From an uncultured Gemmatimonadaceae bacterium (lineage in GTDB: Bacteria > Gemmatimonadota > Gemmatimonadetes > Gemmatimonadales > Gemmatimonadaceae), in the NCBI GenBank assembly GCA_963781585.1, contig CAWAGQ010000013.1:502597-566596 (forward strand): 64,000 nucleotides of DNA, given 5' to 3'. Of this stretch, positions 19,586 to 29,711 are shown in pieces (the first letter of the stretch is position 1; every line of letters begins with the position of its first letter). Below the pieces are notes generated by a model, which had not been told where the DNA came from, made no database searches, and saw nothing but the letters and a program-made list of their open reading frames with translations. Both the position numbers and the translations under genes were made by a program.

Positions 19586-21979
19586 GTGGGCGTAACGCGG
19601 GAGCTGAGCGACTCCGCCGGAGAGCGCGACCCTGCCGTGTCCGGCACGGCGCGTCGCGTGCGCGTGACCGGCCTGGTGCAGGGAGTCGGGTTTCGTCCAT
19701 TCGTGCATCGTCTCGCCCTGCGCCACGGCGTGACGGGGTGGGTGCTCAACGCCAGTGGCGCGGTGGAGATACACGCCGAGGGCGCCATCGCCCTGGTTGA
19801 CGCGTTCATCGCCGGGCTGCGCGCCGAGGCGCCGGTGCTGGCTCGGATCGAGGCGCTGGACGTCTCGCCTGCCGAAGCGTTAGGCGTTGACACCTTCGAG
19901 GTGCGCGCCAGCGCGGCGTCTCCCGACGGCCGGTTGCCCGTCTCTCCCGACGTCGCGACCTGCGACGCGTGCGCCCGCGAGCTCGCGGATCCATCGAACC
20001 GGCGATTTCGCTACCCGTTCATCACCTGCACCGACTGCGGCCCGCGCTTCACCGTCATCGAGTCGATGCCGTACGACCGCGAACGCACCAGCATGCGCGC
20101 GTTTGCCCAGTGTCCCGCCTGTCTGGCCGAGTACACCACGCCGGGTGACCGCCGATACCATTCGGAAACCAACAGCTGCCCAACCTGCGGCCCGTCACTC
20201 TGGTTCGAGCGCCGCGACGACCAGCGGTCTCCCACGTTCGGCGAGGGGGCCATGCGCAGCGCGGCACAGCTGCTGCGCGAAGGCGGCATTCTCGCCGTGC
20301 GCGGCCTGGGGGGATTTCACCTGGCGGTGGACGCGACCAGCCGGACAGCCGTGGATCGGTTGCGCAGTCGGAAGGGGCGCGAAGCCAAACCACTGGCGGT
20401 GATGGTCGGTGCCCTGGATGCTGTGCGGGAATTCGCGCAGGTGAACCCGGCCGAGGCCGGGCTGCTGGAGTCGGCGGCGCGGCCGGTCGTCCTGCTGGCC
20501 ACCAGGACCGGCCGTGGTGACGACCGGGATCGCGACGGCGGGCCGCCGCTGGCGCCTAACGTGGCGCCCGGCCTGGCGCACGTGGGCGTGATGCTGGCGT
20601 ACACACCGCTGCACCAGCTGCTGCTTCGCGCCGCGGGACGGCCGCTGGTGATGACCAGCGGCAACCTGAGCGACGAGCCGATCGCCATCGCCAACGACGA
20701 AGCGCGCCAGCGACTCCGCGACATCGCCGACGGGTTCCTGCTGCACGACCGGGAAATCGTGGCGCGCTACGACGACTCGGTGATGCGCGTCGTCGACGGT
20801 GCACCGGTCTTTCTCCGGAGGGCGCGCGGCTACGCGCCCATGCCGATCGACCTGCCGATCGCTTCGCCCCGTCCGCTGCTGGCCGTGGGCCCGCATCTCA
20901 AGAACACGTTCACCCTGCTGGAAGGCAGTCGTGCCTACGTCAGCCAGCACATTGGCGATCTGGAGACGGTGGAGACTGTGGAGCACTTCTCGGTCGCCCT
21001 TCGCCGGTTCGAGCAACTGTTCCGCATCCGTCCCCAGGCGGTGGTGCGCGACCTGCACCCGGGGTACCTCTCCACGCGGCTGGCGCGCGAGACCGGACTG
21101 GAGCCCGACATGCCGGTGCAGCACCATCACGCGCACATCGCGGCCGTCATGGCCGAGCATGGGCGCACCGATCCGGTCATCGGCATCGCATTCGACGGCA
21201 CTGGCTACGGCGACGACGGGCATGTGTGGGGCGCGGAAGTTCTCCACGCGGACCTGGTCGGGTACCGCCGGCTCGGCCACCTGCGTTACGCTCCGCTCCC
21301 GGGCGGCGACGCGGCGGCACGGGCCCCATGGCGTGCCGCGCTGGGCTACCTGTCGCTCGATCCGGCCGGGTCGGCGATCGCGTCGGGCCTGATCGGCGTC
21401 AGTCCGCGGTCTCGGGAGGTGGCGGTTCGCCAGATCGAGCGACGGCTCAACGCACCCCTCGCGTCGTCGATGGGACGCCTCTTCGACGCCGCGGCGGCCG
21501 TGATCGGTGTGCGCTACGAATCGCGCTACGAGGGACAGGCGGCGATGGAACTGGAGGCCCTGGCGGGTGCGCGTCAGGCGCAGCCGCTTCCGTGGCGCCT
21601 GACGACGAACGCCGAGGGCATGGATGAGCTCGACCCCATCCCGCTGCTGGTGGCGCTGGGCGAGCGTGCGCGATTCGGCGTCTCGAAGCCCGAGCTGGCC
21701 GCGGCCTTCCATGAGACCGTGACCGCGGCCACTATTGCGATGGTACAACGCGCGGCTGACCGCACGGGCTGCCGCACGGTCGCGCTGGCCGGCGGCTGCT
21801 TCCAGAATGCGCGTCTCCTGTCGTCGCTGAGCCGCCGCCTGAAAGAGATGGAGTTCGAGGTGCTGGTCCCGGTGCAGCTCGGTCCGAACGACGGTGCAGT
21901 GAGCTTCGGCCAGGCGGCGGTTGGCGCCGCGCAACTCGCCGGTGTGGAGTGCAGGGTGGCCACCACGCTGCGCGCCTGA
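19586..21979 (+). CDS. hypF: Carbamoyltransferase (start uncertain)
   Basis: GLVQGVGFRPFV acylphosphatase, two Zn fingers, QHHHAH, DGTGYG, NDGAVSFGQ. Confidence 0.95.
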   Translation: MGVTRELSDSAGERDPAVSGTARRVRVTGLVQGVGFRPFVHRLALRHGVTGWVLNASGAVEIHAEGAIALVDAFIAGLRAEAPVLARIEALDVSPAEALGVDTFEVRASAASPDGRLPVSPDVATCDACARELADPSNRRFRYPFITCTDCGPRFTVIESMPYDRERTSMRAFAQCPACLAEYTTPGDRRYHSETNSCPTCGPSLWFERRDDQRSPTFGEGAMRSAAQLLREGGILAVRGLGGFHLAVDATSRTAVDRLRSRKGREAKPLAVMVGALDAVREFAQVNPAEAGLLESAARPVVLLATRTGRGDDRDRDGGPPLAPNVAPGLAHVGVMLAYTPLHQLLLRAAGRPLVMTSGNLSDEPIAIANDEARQRLRDIADGFLLHDREIVARYDDSVMRVVDGAPVFLRRARGYAPMPIDLPIASPRPLLAVGPHLKNTFTLLEGSRAYVSQHIGDLETVETVEHFSVALRRFEQLFRIRPQAVVRDLHPGYLSTRLARETGLEPDMPVQHHHAHIAAVMAEHGRTDPVIGIAFDGTGYGDDGHVWGAEVLHADLVGYRRLGHLRYAPLPGGDAAARAPWRAALGYLSLDPAGSAIASGLIGVSPRSREVAVRQIERRLNAPLASSMGRLFDAAAAVIGVRYESRYEGQAAMELEALAGARQAQPLPWRLTTNAEGMDELDPIPLLVALGERARFGVSKPELAAAFHETVTAATIAMVQRAADRTGCRTVALAGGCFQNARLLSSLSRRLKEMEFEVLVPVQLGPNDGAVSFGQAAVGAAQLAGVECRVATTLRA

Positions 21980-22003
21980 GGGCGCGCTGGAGGGTAACGA
22001 CCG

Positions 22004-22300
22004 ATGTGTCTCGGAATCCCCGGACGAATCGTTGAGCGCCACGAGGACCGCGGCCTGCCGATGGGGGTGGTGGACTTCGGCGGCGTGCGACGCTCGTGCT
22101 GTCTGGCCTATGTGGCCGAGGACGTCGACGTTGGCGACTACGTGATCGTGCACGTCGGCTTCGCGATCTCCAAGGTGGCCGAGGACGAAGCGCGGCGGAC
22201 GTACGAGGTGCTGCGCGACATGAGCCAGCTGGACGAGCTGGAATGGATGCGGGAGGTGGCGGACACGGGGCTTGCCGCGTTAGGGCCGACGGGAGATTAG
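22004..22300 (+). CDS. hypC: Hydrogenase chaperone
   Basis: [19 protein letters not shown]. Confidence 0.95.
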   Translation: MCLGIPGRIVERHEDRGLPMGVVDFGGVRRSCCLAYVAEDVDVGDYVIVHVGFAISKVAEDEARRTYEVLRDMSQLDELEWMREVADTGLAALGPTGD

Positions 22301-22395
22301 CGGGCCACAGGCTACCGCCAAGGGGCCAGGGGACAAAGGCCAAGGGCCAAGGGCCAAAGGATGAACGGACAGGCCGCCGGTCAGAGTCACAGGCC
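22300..22395 (+). repeat. Degenerate heptamer repeat in the hypC-hypD spacer
   Basis: aggggcc aggggac aaaggcc aagggcc aagggcc aaaggat ... acaggcc. Confidence 0.85.
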
Positions 22396-22413
22396 AAACG
22401 GGACGGAGGACGG

Positions 22414-23610
22414 ATGAAGTACCTCGACGAGTATCGCGATGCCGCGATCGTGCGATCACTGGCGGAACGGATCCGGCGCACCGCGACGCGCCCGTGGGTG
22501 CTGATGGAAGTCTGCGGCGGGCAGACGCACACGATCGTCAAGCAGGGCCTGGACGAGCTGCTGGGTGATGCGGTGGAGATGATCCACGGTCCGGGGTGCC
22601 CCGTGTGCGTGACGCCGCTGGAGCAGATCGACAAGGCGATCCGGCTGGCGCAGGATCGGCAGGTCATCTTCACGTCGTTCGGCGACATGCTGCGGGTGCC
22701 CGGGAGCGAGTGCGACCTGCAGCAGGTGCGCTCGCGCGGCGGCACGGTGCGGGTGGTGTATTCGCCGCTCGACGCGCTGCAGCTGGCGATCAAGAACCCT
22801 GACCGGCAGGTCGTCTTTTTCGCCGTGGGCTTCGAGACGACCGCGCCGGCCAACGCGATGGCGGTGCTTCGCGCGAAGGAACTCCGCGTGCCGAACTTCA
22901 GCGTGCTCGTCTCGCACGTCACGGTGCCGCCGGCGATGACCGCCATCCTCGATGCTCCCGACAACCGCGTTCAGGGGTTTCTCGCGGCCGGCCACGTCTG
23001 CACGATCATGGGGTGGACGGAGTACGAACCGATCGCGCAGACGTATCGGGTGCCGATCATCGTCACCGGCTTCGAGCCGGTGGACATCATCGAAGGCATC
23101 CACATGGCGGTGCAGCAGCTCGAGAGCGGACGGCACGAGGTGGAGAACCAGTACGTTCGTTCGGTACGCCGTGACGGGACGGTGCCGGCGCGCTCGGCGG
23201 TGGAGCAGGTGTTCGAGCTCGTCAACCGCAAGTGGCGGGGCATCGGCGAGATTCCGATGTCGGGGCTCAGCCTGCGCCCGGAGTTCTCCGATTTCGACGC
23301 CGAGCTCCGGTTCGGACTGAGCGACGTGAGCGTGGAGGAGCCGGCCGAGTGCCGGGCCGGTGACGTGCTGCGCGGGAAGATCAAACCGTTCGAGTGCGCG
23401 GCGTTCGGGACGCTGTGTACACCCGACCACCCGTTAGGCGCTCCGATGGTGTCGTCGGAGGGCGCGTGTGCGGCGTACCACAACTACGGACGTTATCGCG
23501 GCAGTCTGGGCGACGACGTTGAGGCCAAAGGCCAAGGGTCAGAGGCCCAGGGCCACAGGGAGGCCACCGGCCAGAGGCGAGAGGCCGACGTGCCGGGCGC
23601 GGCGCCATGA
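22414..23610 (+). CDS. hypD: Hydrogenase formation protein
   Basis: [33 protein letters not shown]. Confidence 0.95.
   Translation: MKYLDEYRDAAIVRSLAERIRRTATRPWVLMEVCGGQTHTIVKQGLDELLGDAVEMIHGPGCPVCVTPLEQIDKAIRLAQDRQVIFTSFGDMLRVPGSECDLQQVRSRGGTVRVVYSPLDALQLAIKNPDRQVVFFAVGFETTAPANAMAVLRAKELRVPNFSVLVSHVTVPPAMTAILDAPDNRVQGFLAAGHVCTIMGWTEYEPIAQTYRVPIIVTGFEPVDIIEGIHMAVQQLESGRHEVENQYVRSVRRDGTVPARSAVEQVFELVNRKWRGIGEIPMSGLSLRPEFSDFDAELRFGLSDVSVEEPAECRAGDVLRGKIKPFECAAFGTLCTPDHPLGAPMVSSEGACAAYHNYGRYRGSLGDDVEAKGQGSEAQGHREATGQRREADVPGAAP
23520..23586 (+). repeat. Heptamer repeat translated as the HypD C-terminal tail
   Basis: tgaggcc aaaggcc aagggtc agaggcc cagggcc acaggga .. accggcc agaggcg agaggcc. 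Confidence 0.85.
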
Positions 23611-24668
23611 CGACTCCTTCTCTCGCCTCCGGTCCCGTGTGTCCGGCGCCCCTCACCGCCATCGATCGCGTGCAGCTCGGGCACGGGTCGGGGGGCAAGA
23701 TGAGCGCTGCCCTGATGCGCGAGCGCTTCCTCCCGCTGCTCGACAACGAGGTGCTCCGGCAACTGGCCGATGCGGCGGTGGTGGCGGTACCGGGCGGCCA
23801 GATCGCCATGTCCACTGATACGTTCGTCGTCAGTCCGGCGGAGTTTCCGGGCGGCAACATCGGGTCGCTGGCGGTGCACGGCACCGTGAACGACCTGGCC
23901 ATGATGGGTGCGACCCCGCGCTTCTTGTCGGCCGGATTCGTGCTGGAGGAAGGGCTGCCGTTCGACGTGCTCGACCGGGTGATCGCCGCCATGGCGGCGG
24001 CGGCGCGGGAGAGTGGAGTGCAGCTGGTGGCCGGGGACACGAAGGTGGTGGAGCGGGGAAGGGCCGATGGCCTGTACGTCAACACGACCGGCATCGGCTT
24101 CCTCGAGCCCGGGTTCGGGCCGCGGCCCGATGCCGCGCGTGCGGGCGACGCGGTGCTGATCAGCGGACCGATCGGGCGCCACGGGATGGCAATCATGGCG
24201 GCGCGCGAGGGTCTGGAGTTCGAGGCGCAGATCGAGAGCGACAGCGCGAATCTGGTGCCCCTGGTGGCCCGACTGCGGGAGCGTGTCGGCGAAGCAGTAC
24301 ACGTGCTGCGCGATCCCACGCGCGGTGGCGTGGCGAGCGCGCTCAACGAAATTGCGGCCGCGTCGCAGGTGGGCGTCCTGATCGAAGAGGCGTCGCTGAT
24401 CGTTCCCGAGGCGGTGGCCGCGGCGTGCGAGATGCTGGGGCTCGATCCGCTCTACGTGGCGAACGAAGGCATCCTGGTCGCCTTCGTGGACGCCGCCGCG
24501 GCCGACGACGCGCTGGCGGCGCTGCGCGGGCACGAACGCGGACAGCGCGCGATGATTGCCGGGCGGGTGACCACCGACCATCCGGGGCTGGTGATGCTGC
24601 GCACGCGGATCGGTTCGCGCCGCGTGGTCGACATGCTGCCGGGGGACCAGCTGCCCCGGATTTGTTAG
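23607..24668 (+). CDS. hypE: Hydrogenase carbamoyl dehydratase
   Basis: HGSGG, GTVNDL, GDTKVV, RDPTRGG, terminal QLPRIC. Confidence 0.95.
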   Translation: MTTPSLASGPVCPAPLTAIDRVQLGHGSGGKMSAALMRERFLPLLDNEVLRQLADAAVVAVPGGQIAMSTDTFVVSPAEFPGGNIGSLAVHGTVNDLAMMGATPRFLSAGFVLEEGLPFDVLDRVIAAMAAAARESGVQLVAGDTKVVERGRADGLYVNTTGIGFLEPGFGPRPDAARAGDAVLISGPIGRHGMAIMAAREGLEFEAQIESDSANLVPLVARLRERVGEAVHVLRDPTRGGVASALNEIAAASQVGVLIEEASLIVPEAVAAACEMLGLDPLYVANEGILVAFVDAAAADDALAALRGHERGQRAMIAGRVTTDHPGLVMLRTRIGSRRVVDMLPGDQLPRIC

Positions 24669-24697
24669 GCGGGCGACAGTCCCGGCGCCCGGAGGCG

Positions 24698-25201
24698 TCA
24701 GTGCTTCGCGAACTCTCCCTGCACCTGCCACTCATCCACCCGGCGGCAGTCGAGGTTCGCGAAATGGAACTCCACCAGCGCGCCGGGCGCCACGACCGGC
24801 GCCTCCTTGACGTCGCGGCCCAGCGCGGCGCCTGACGAGTCGGTCACGAACAGCGTCAGGCGGCGGGGACTCTTCCCCATCGCCGTGACGCGGATGGTGG
24901 CGATGCAGGTTCCCTTGTCGTTGCGCCATCCGGCGTCCTCGAAACGGAAGGCGGTGTCCGCGGCGGTGGTGGTGGCGGTCTGCGGCGCTGCCGCCCCTTC
25001 GGGCAATCGCTGCCGGAGCAGAAGAAGAATGCCGAGGGTAATCGCCGCGCCCCCGGCGATGGTGAGGACAGCCGGGAGGAGGTAGTAAAAGCGCGGCCGC
25101 GCCGCCTCCGGGTCAGGTGCCGAACGGGGCCGATTCGCCGGTCGCAGGGGTGGACCGGGCGGCGGCGTGGGTGCTGGACTGCGCGGGCCTTCTTCTCCCA
25201 T
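24698..25201 (-). CDS. Hypothetical single-pass membrane protein
   Basis: One TM helix followed by a beta-rich domain with two Cys. Confidence 0.6.
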   Translation of the reverse strand: MGEEGPRSPAPTPPPGPPLRPANRPRSAPDPEAARPRFYYLLPAVLTIAGGAAITLGILLLLRQRLPEGAAAPQTATTTAADTAFRFEDAGWRNDKGTCIATIRVTAMGKSPRRLTLFVTDSSGAALGRDVKEAPVVAPGALVEFHFANLDCRRVDEWQVQGEFAKH

Positions 25202-26495
25202 CGAACGGAATCTCCCGGACGCGGGTCAGTTGGGCTCTGATCGACGCAGAAGAATCGCCGGATTTCGTGGGATTGTCCACGGAGGGCGGGTCGTTCCGGG
25301 CGCCGATGGCCCTCCCCGGGGCGACACGGGAAGCCGCGCGGCGGCCGCCGGCGAAACCCCACCTGTCGCCCCCCACCTGTCGCCCCCCGGTTCGCCGCAC
25401 GACCTTTCCCGTGCGCGGGCGCCCGGCACGGCGCTGCCACACGGCGCGGACCCGTCCCAGGAGGAGGCACCACTGTCGCTGCGCGAACGGGCGGGCCGTC
25501 TCTGGCGCCGCCATCGGACGCTGTTCTGGTTGCTCCACTCGACGTGGGCATTGTCGGCCGGCATGGTGCTTGTGGTGCTGGCGCGGGAGCGTTACCACCT
25601 GGTGCCCTGGTCGGCGGTCTTCCTGGCGCTGGCCTGGACGTCCACGCTGTACTTCGGCCGTGCCGCCGCCGTAGCGGGGGAGCCACCGGGGCTCGTGCAC
25701 GAGGTGGCATCCTGGATCACCCGCGTGCTCTACCAGGAGACGCTCTTCTTCCTGCTGCCGTTCTACGCGTACTCCACCGTGGTCCGCTCGCCTAACGTCG
25801 GGTTCCTCGTGCTGCTGGGGGCGCTGGCCGTACTGTCGTGCATCGACATGCTCTTTGACCGATGGCTGCGGACGCGCCCCGTCTTTTCGCTGCTGTACTT
25901 CGCTGTCGTCGCCTTCGCCGCGATCAACCTGCTGCTTCCGCTGCTGCTGGGGGTGCGACCCCGCTTCGCCGCCCCTGTTGCGGCGCTGCTCGCCGTCGGC
26001 AGCGCCGCACCGCTGGCGCGGCACGCGGCGCGTCGTGGGTGGGGGGCGCGGTTGCGCCTCGCCGCGGCGGCCGTCGTCGTCCTTGGCGTGCCGGTCGGCA
26101 TGCCGGGACTGATCCCGCCGGTCCCGCTCCGCCTGGAAAACGCAACATTCGGCTCGGGATTCGACCGCAGCACGCTCACGCTGGCGGATACGCTGGCCGA
26201 TCACGTCGCCCCGGCCGCTGCCGGCGGGTCGCTCTATGTAGTGGTCGAGGTGTTCGCGCCGAGGGCACTGCCCACCAACGTGCAGCTCGAATGGTGGCGC
26301 AACGGCGCGCTGTTGCGCCTTTCCCGCGAGGTCGGCATCACGGCGCACGCCGCTGGCTTCCGGGTGTGGGACGGCTGGCACTCGCCGGGCGGGGCCGTCC
26401 CCGCGGGGCGGTACCGCGTCGTGCTGCGCACAACCGGCCGGCGGGTCTTCGGTGTCGCGACGCTGACGGTTGGCGACGGCGACGCAGCCCCGTGA
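25167..26495 (+). CDS. Membrane protein with C-terminal DUF2914-like domain (true start probably downstream)
   Basis: About 7 TM helices, then EVFAP..W..GFRVW..GRYRVVLRT..G pattern. Confidence 0.7.
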   Translation: MGAGLRGPSSPIERNLPDAGQLGSDRRRRIAGFRGIVHGGRVVPGADGPPRGDTGSRAAAAGETPPVAPHLSPPGSPHDLSRARAPGTALPHGADPSQEEAPLSLRERAGRLWRRHRTLFWLLHSTWALSAGMVLVVLARERYHLVPWSAVFLALAWTSTLYFGRAAAVAGEPPGLVHEVASWITRVLYQETLFFLLPFYAYSTVVRSPNVGFLVLLGALAVLSCIDMLFDRWLRTRPVFSLLYFAVVAFAAINLLLPLLLGVRPRFAAPVAALLAVGSAAPLARHAARRGWGARLRLAAAAVVVLGVPVGMPGLIPPVPLRLENATFGSGFDRSTLTLADTLADHVAPAAAGGSLYVVVEVFAPRALPTNVQLEWWRNGALLRLSREVGITAHAAGFRVWDGWHSPGGAVPAGRYRVVLRTTGRRVFGVATLTVGDGDAAP

Positions 26496-26553
26496 GTCGC
26501 CGGTTGGCACGAGCGCCGGGAATTCGTAGCCGACTCTAAATATTCTATTAGCG

Positions 26554-29297
26554 GGTCGATCCCCGCGCGCGCGGGGGAAACGGTAGTCCGGGCCGTGTAT
26601 TGCGCAGTGCTTGGCGCGGGTCGATCCCCGCGCGCGCGGGGGAAACGTCTCCCTGAGTGGCGGCGGCGAATGCGCCGCGGGTCGATCCCCGCGCGCGCGG
26701 GGGAAACCCGGCTACGGGGATTTGAACCCCGGAACGCCCGAGGTCGATCCCCGCGCGCGCGGGGGAAACTCCCGGAGCGGCATCGGGACGTTTCCGGGAC
26801 ACGGTCGATCCCCGCGCGCGCGGGGGAAACGTCGATGAATGGCGTAAGCGCCTGGGCGAAAGGGTCGATCCCCGCGCGCGCGGGGGAAACGGAGTCGAAC
26901 CTCCGGACGTTCACCATACGCGCGGTCGATCCCCGCGCGCGCGGGGGAAACCCTATCCGGCAGGGCGGGCTCGCGTGAGCCAGCGGTCGATCCCCGCGCG
27001 CGCGGGGGAAACCGGCCGGCCGGGCGCCGCCGTGGCCCATCCGAGGGTCGATCCCCGCGCGCGCGGGGGAAACGTCGTCGTGGGACTTCTTCGCCATGTC
27101 GTCCAGGGTCGATCCCCGCGCGCGCGGGGGAAACGACCATACGCCGACGTGGGGAGATTATCGCCGCGGTCGATCCCCGCGCGCGCGGGGGAAACCAGGG
27201 CACCTGTGCGCTGAACGCGCGCGAATGGGGTCGATCCCCGCGCGCGCGGGGGAAACTTCCTCGGCACGCTGCCGTCGGACCCGGCCGGCGGTCGATCCCC
27301 GCGCGCGCGGGGGAAACGGCGCGCCCCACCTGGAGGATAGGACCATGCGGGGTCGATCCCCGCGCGCGCGGGGGAAACTCTTTGTGGACGCGCCCAATCT
27401 CACCATCAATGGGTCGATCCCCGCGCGCGCGGGGGAAACGGCAATGGCATGCAACGCGACTACTGCCGCACGGGTCGATCCCCGCGCGCGCGGGGGAAAC
27501 TGGCGGGCGGTGCTGGCCGCGGTCCCGGCCCGAGGTCGATCCCCGCGCGCGCGGGGGAAACGGAGACCCTGCGGCGTGGTCTGGCGCGACAGGAGGTCGA
27601 TCCCCGCGCGCGCGGGGGAAACTCCTCGATCTCCACCTCGGTAGTGACGGTGGGGGGTCGATCCCCGCGCGCGCGGGGGAAACTCGAATCACAGAGAGTG
27701 TGGAGTTAGGCGCCAAGGTCGATCCCCGCGCGCGCGGGGGAAACTGCGGGACCTGGAGCGGATTGGTCCAGGCGAAGGGTCGATCCCCGCGCGCGCGGGG
27801 GAAACACATGTTATCCGGGCTCATAGCGGTCGCCCTCCGGTCGATCCCCGCGCGCGCGGGGGAAACGCTCCAGCCGCCGATGCCGGCGAAGAAGTGACAG
27901 GTCGATCCCCGCGCGCGCGGGGGAAACAGCGTCGCTCCGACGAGCGCCCGTTTCTGGGCCAGGTCGATCCCCGCGCGCGCGGGGGAAACCACGATTCGCG
28001 CATGCGTGGGAGCAGTACCACCGGTCGATCCCCGCGCGCGCGGGGGAAACATTTCGGCCTCACTGAAAAGGGGAAGGTGGAAGGGTCGATCCCCGCGCGC
28101 GCGGGGGAAACATCGTCGACCGTGCACGTCGATGCGCGGCGAACTCGCGTGCGCAGGGTCGATCCCCGCGCGCGCGGGGGAAACCCGTCGATCGGCGACC
28201 GCGCGCCGAACTCGCGAGCATGCGGTCGATCCCCGCGCGCGCGGGGGAAACCCGCCGATCGCTCGTGCGCCCGAGCACTCCGGCGAGGTCGATCCCCGCG
28301 CGCGCGGGGGAAACCTCACGCCGTGGCACGACACGGAGGCCAGTAGCGGTCGATCCCCGCGCGCGCGGGGGAAACCTATCACCTCTGCATGCAATATGGC
28401 GACAGTCGGGTCGATCCCCGCGCGCGCGGGGGAAACAAGCCGGCCACTACGTCCGTCGCAAGATTCCAGGGTCGATCCCCGCGCGCGCGGGGGAAACGGT
28501 ACCGCACGGAAGGATAGCCCCGGCTTGCCGGGTCGATCCCCGCGCGCGCGGGGGAAACATCGTCACGAGTCCACATGCGATGCCGACTGCTCCGGACGAG
28601 CTATCGGTCGATCCCCGCGCGCGCGGGGGAAACCGACCTCGATGCGCGCTGCGATCCCCGCGCGAACGCCTGACGCTACGGACGGTCGATCCCCGCGCGC
28701 GCGGGGGAAACGCCGTGACCGCATCGCGTGGCGATCCCGCGCGCGCGAAGTCTGCGCTGCCAGTCAACGGGTCGATCCCCGCGCGCGCGGGGGAAACCGC
28801 TCCGCGCCCCGCGGTACATCGCGGAGGAGAGGTCGATCCCCGCGCGCGCGGGGGAAACACAACCCTCGATTTTCAAACAACGGCCTGCAAGGGTCGATCC
28901 CCGCGCGCGCGGGGGAAACTTTGTCGCTGCGCCGACCTTGCTCGCTGCGCCGGGTCGATCCCCGCGCGCGCGGGGGAAACGCTGGGCGGACGGTCGCCGG
29001 CACCTGACCGCGCGGTCGATCCCCGCGCGCGCGGGGGAAACTGCGGGACCTGGAGCGGATTGGCCCAGGCGAAGGGTCGATCCCCGCGCGCGCGGGGGAA
29101 ACTCCCGCCCGCGCCCCCAGAGCCGCCCATCGCGCGGTCGATCCCCGCGCGCGCGGGGGAAACGCGCGGCGGCTTCGCCATCGCATCGACGCCGAAGGTC
29201 GATCCCCGCGCGCGCGGGGGAAACGCTGACGCATCGGCGATCGCGCACGCGACGAGCTCGCCGGGATCGGGTCGATCCCCGCGCGCGCGGGGGAAAC
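26554..29297 (-). CRISPR. Type I-E CRISPR array: 44 identical 28-bp repeats (crRNA sense GTTTCCCCCGCGCGCGCGGGGATCGACC), 43 spacers
   Basis: Parsed by hand: 32 spacers of 33 bp, one of 32, two of 34, eight of 35-58; orientation from similarity to the E. coli I-E repeat and adjacency to cas2. Confidence 0.98.
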
Positions 29298-29381
29298 CCT
29301 CTCGCGTTTTGCAAGAGGGTGCGAATGACCTGAAGACCGGTTCGCCGGATCGTTAGTACTAACCAGCAGTTGTCAAATAGC
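29298..29381 (-). promoter_or_regulatory. CRISPR leader
   Basis: 84-bp lower-GC non-coding stretch between the cas2 stop and the first repeat. Confidence 0.8.
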
Positions 29382-29711
29382 TTACTCCGGTTCCAAGTCG
29401 GCTTCGATTGCAGGTAAGAGCTCCCGTCGTGCCAGGAAGATGCCATCCGCATCCTGCAGGTCCTTCGGCGGCAGGCCGAGCATCGAAACCCCTTGGCCGC
29501 CTGGCAAACGCACGTCGCGCCAGGTCATCACTATGCCCCCCGTACCCAGTTCGCCATGCCAATCCTCCAGGACCGACCAGATGCGCTCGCGAACGGCCCG
29601 TGTCATCCGGGGCGCTGTGTATACGCCGGGTGCAATCTCCAGCATGCAGGACGCCAGAAAGCCCCGGAAGCGCGGAGCGAGGTCAACCGTTGCGACCACC
29701 GTCATGGGCAT
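29382..29711 (-). CDS. cas2: Type I-E Cas2
   Basis: RFRGFLASCMLEIAPGVY..MTRAVRERIW, DADGIFL. Confidence 0.93.
   Translation of the reverse strand: MPMTVVATVDLAPRFRGFLASCMLEIAPGVYTAPRMTRAVRERIWSVLEDWHGELGTGGIVMTWRDVRLPGGQGVSMLGLPPKDLQDADGIFLARRELLPAIEADLEPE

Noticed and set aside
22096..22413. N-terminal extension of HypD in the ORF track
   Set aside because: Overlaps hypC and the heptamer array; a GGAGG RBS supports the ATG at 22414
26496..26553. att-site duplication of the tRNA-Asn 3' end, or a degenerate terminal repeat, at the left island border
   Set aside because: No convincing match to either
26582..29269. Self-targeting spacers within the window
   Set aside because: No match noticed by eye; not exhaustive and the rest of the genome is unseen
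26234..29452. Many long ORFs with repeating SPARAGID/FPPRARGS/RSPRARGK peptides
   Set aside because: Translations of the stop-free CRISPR repeat, not proteins
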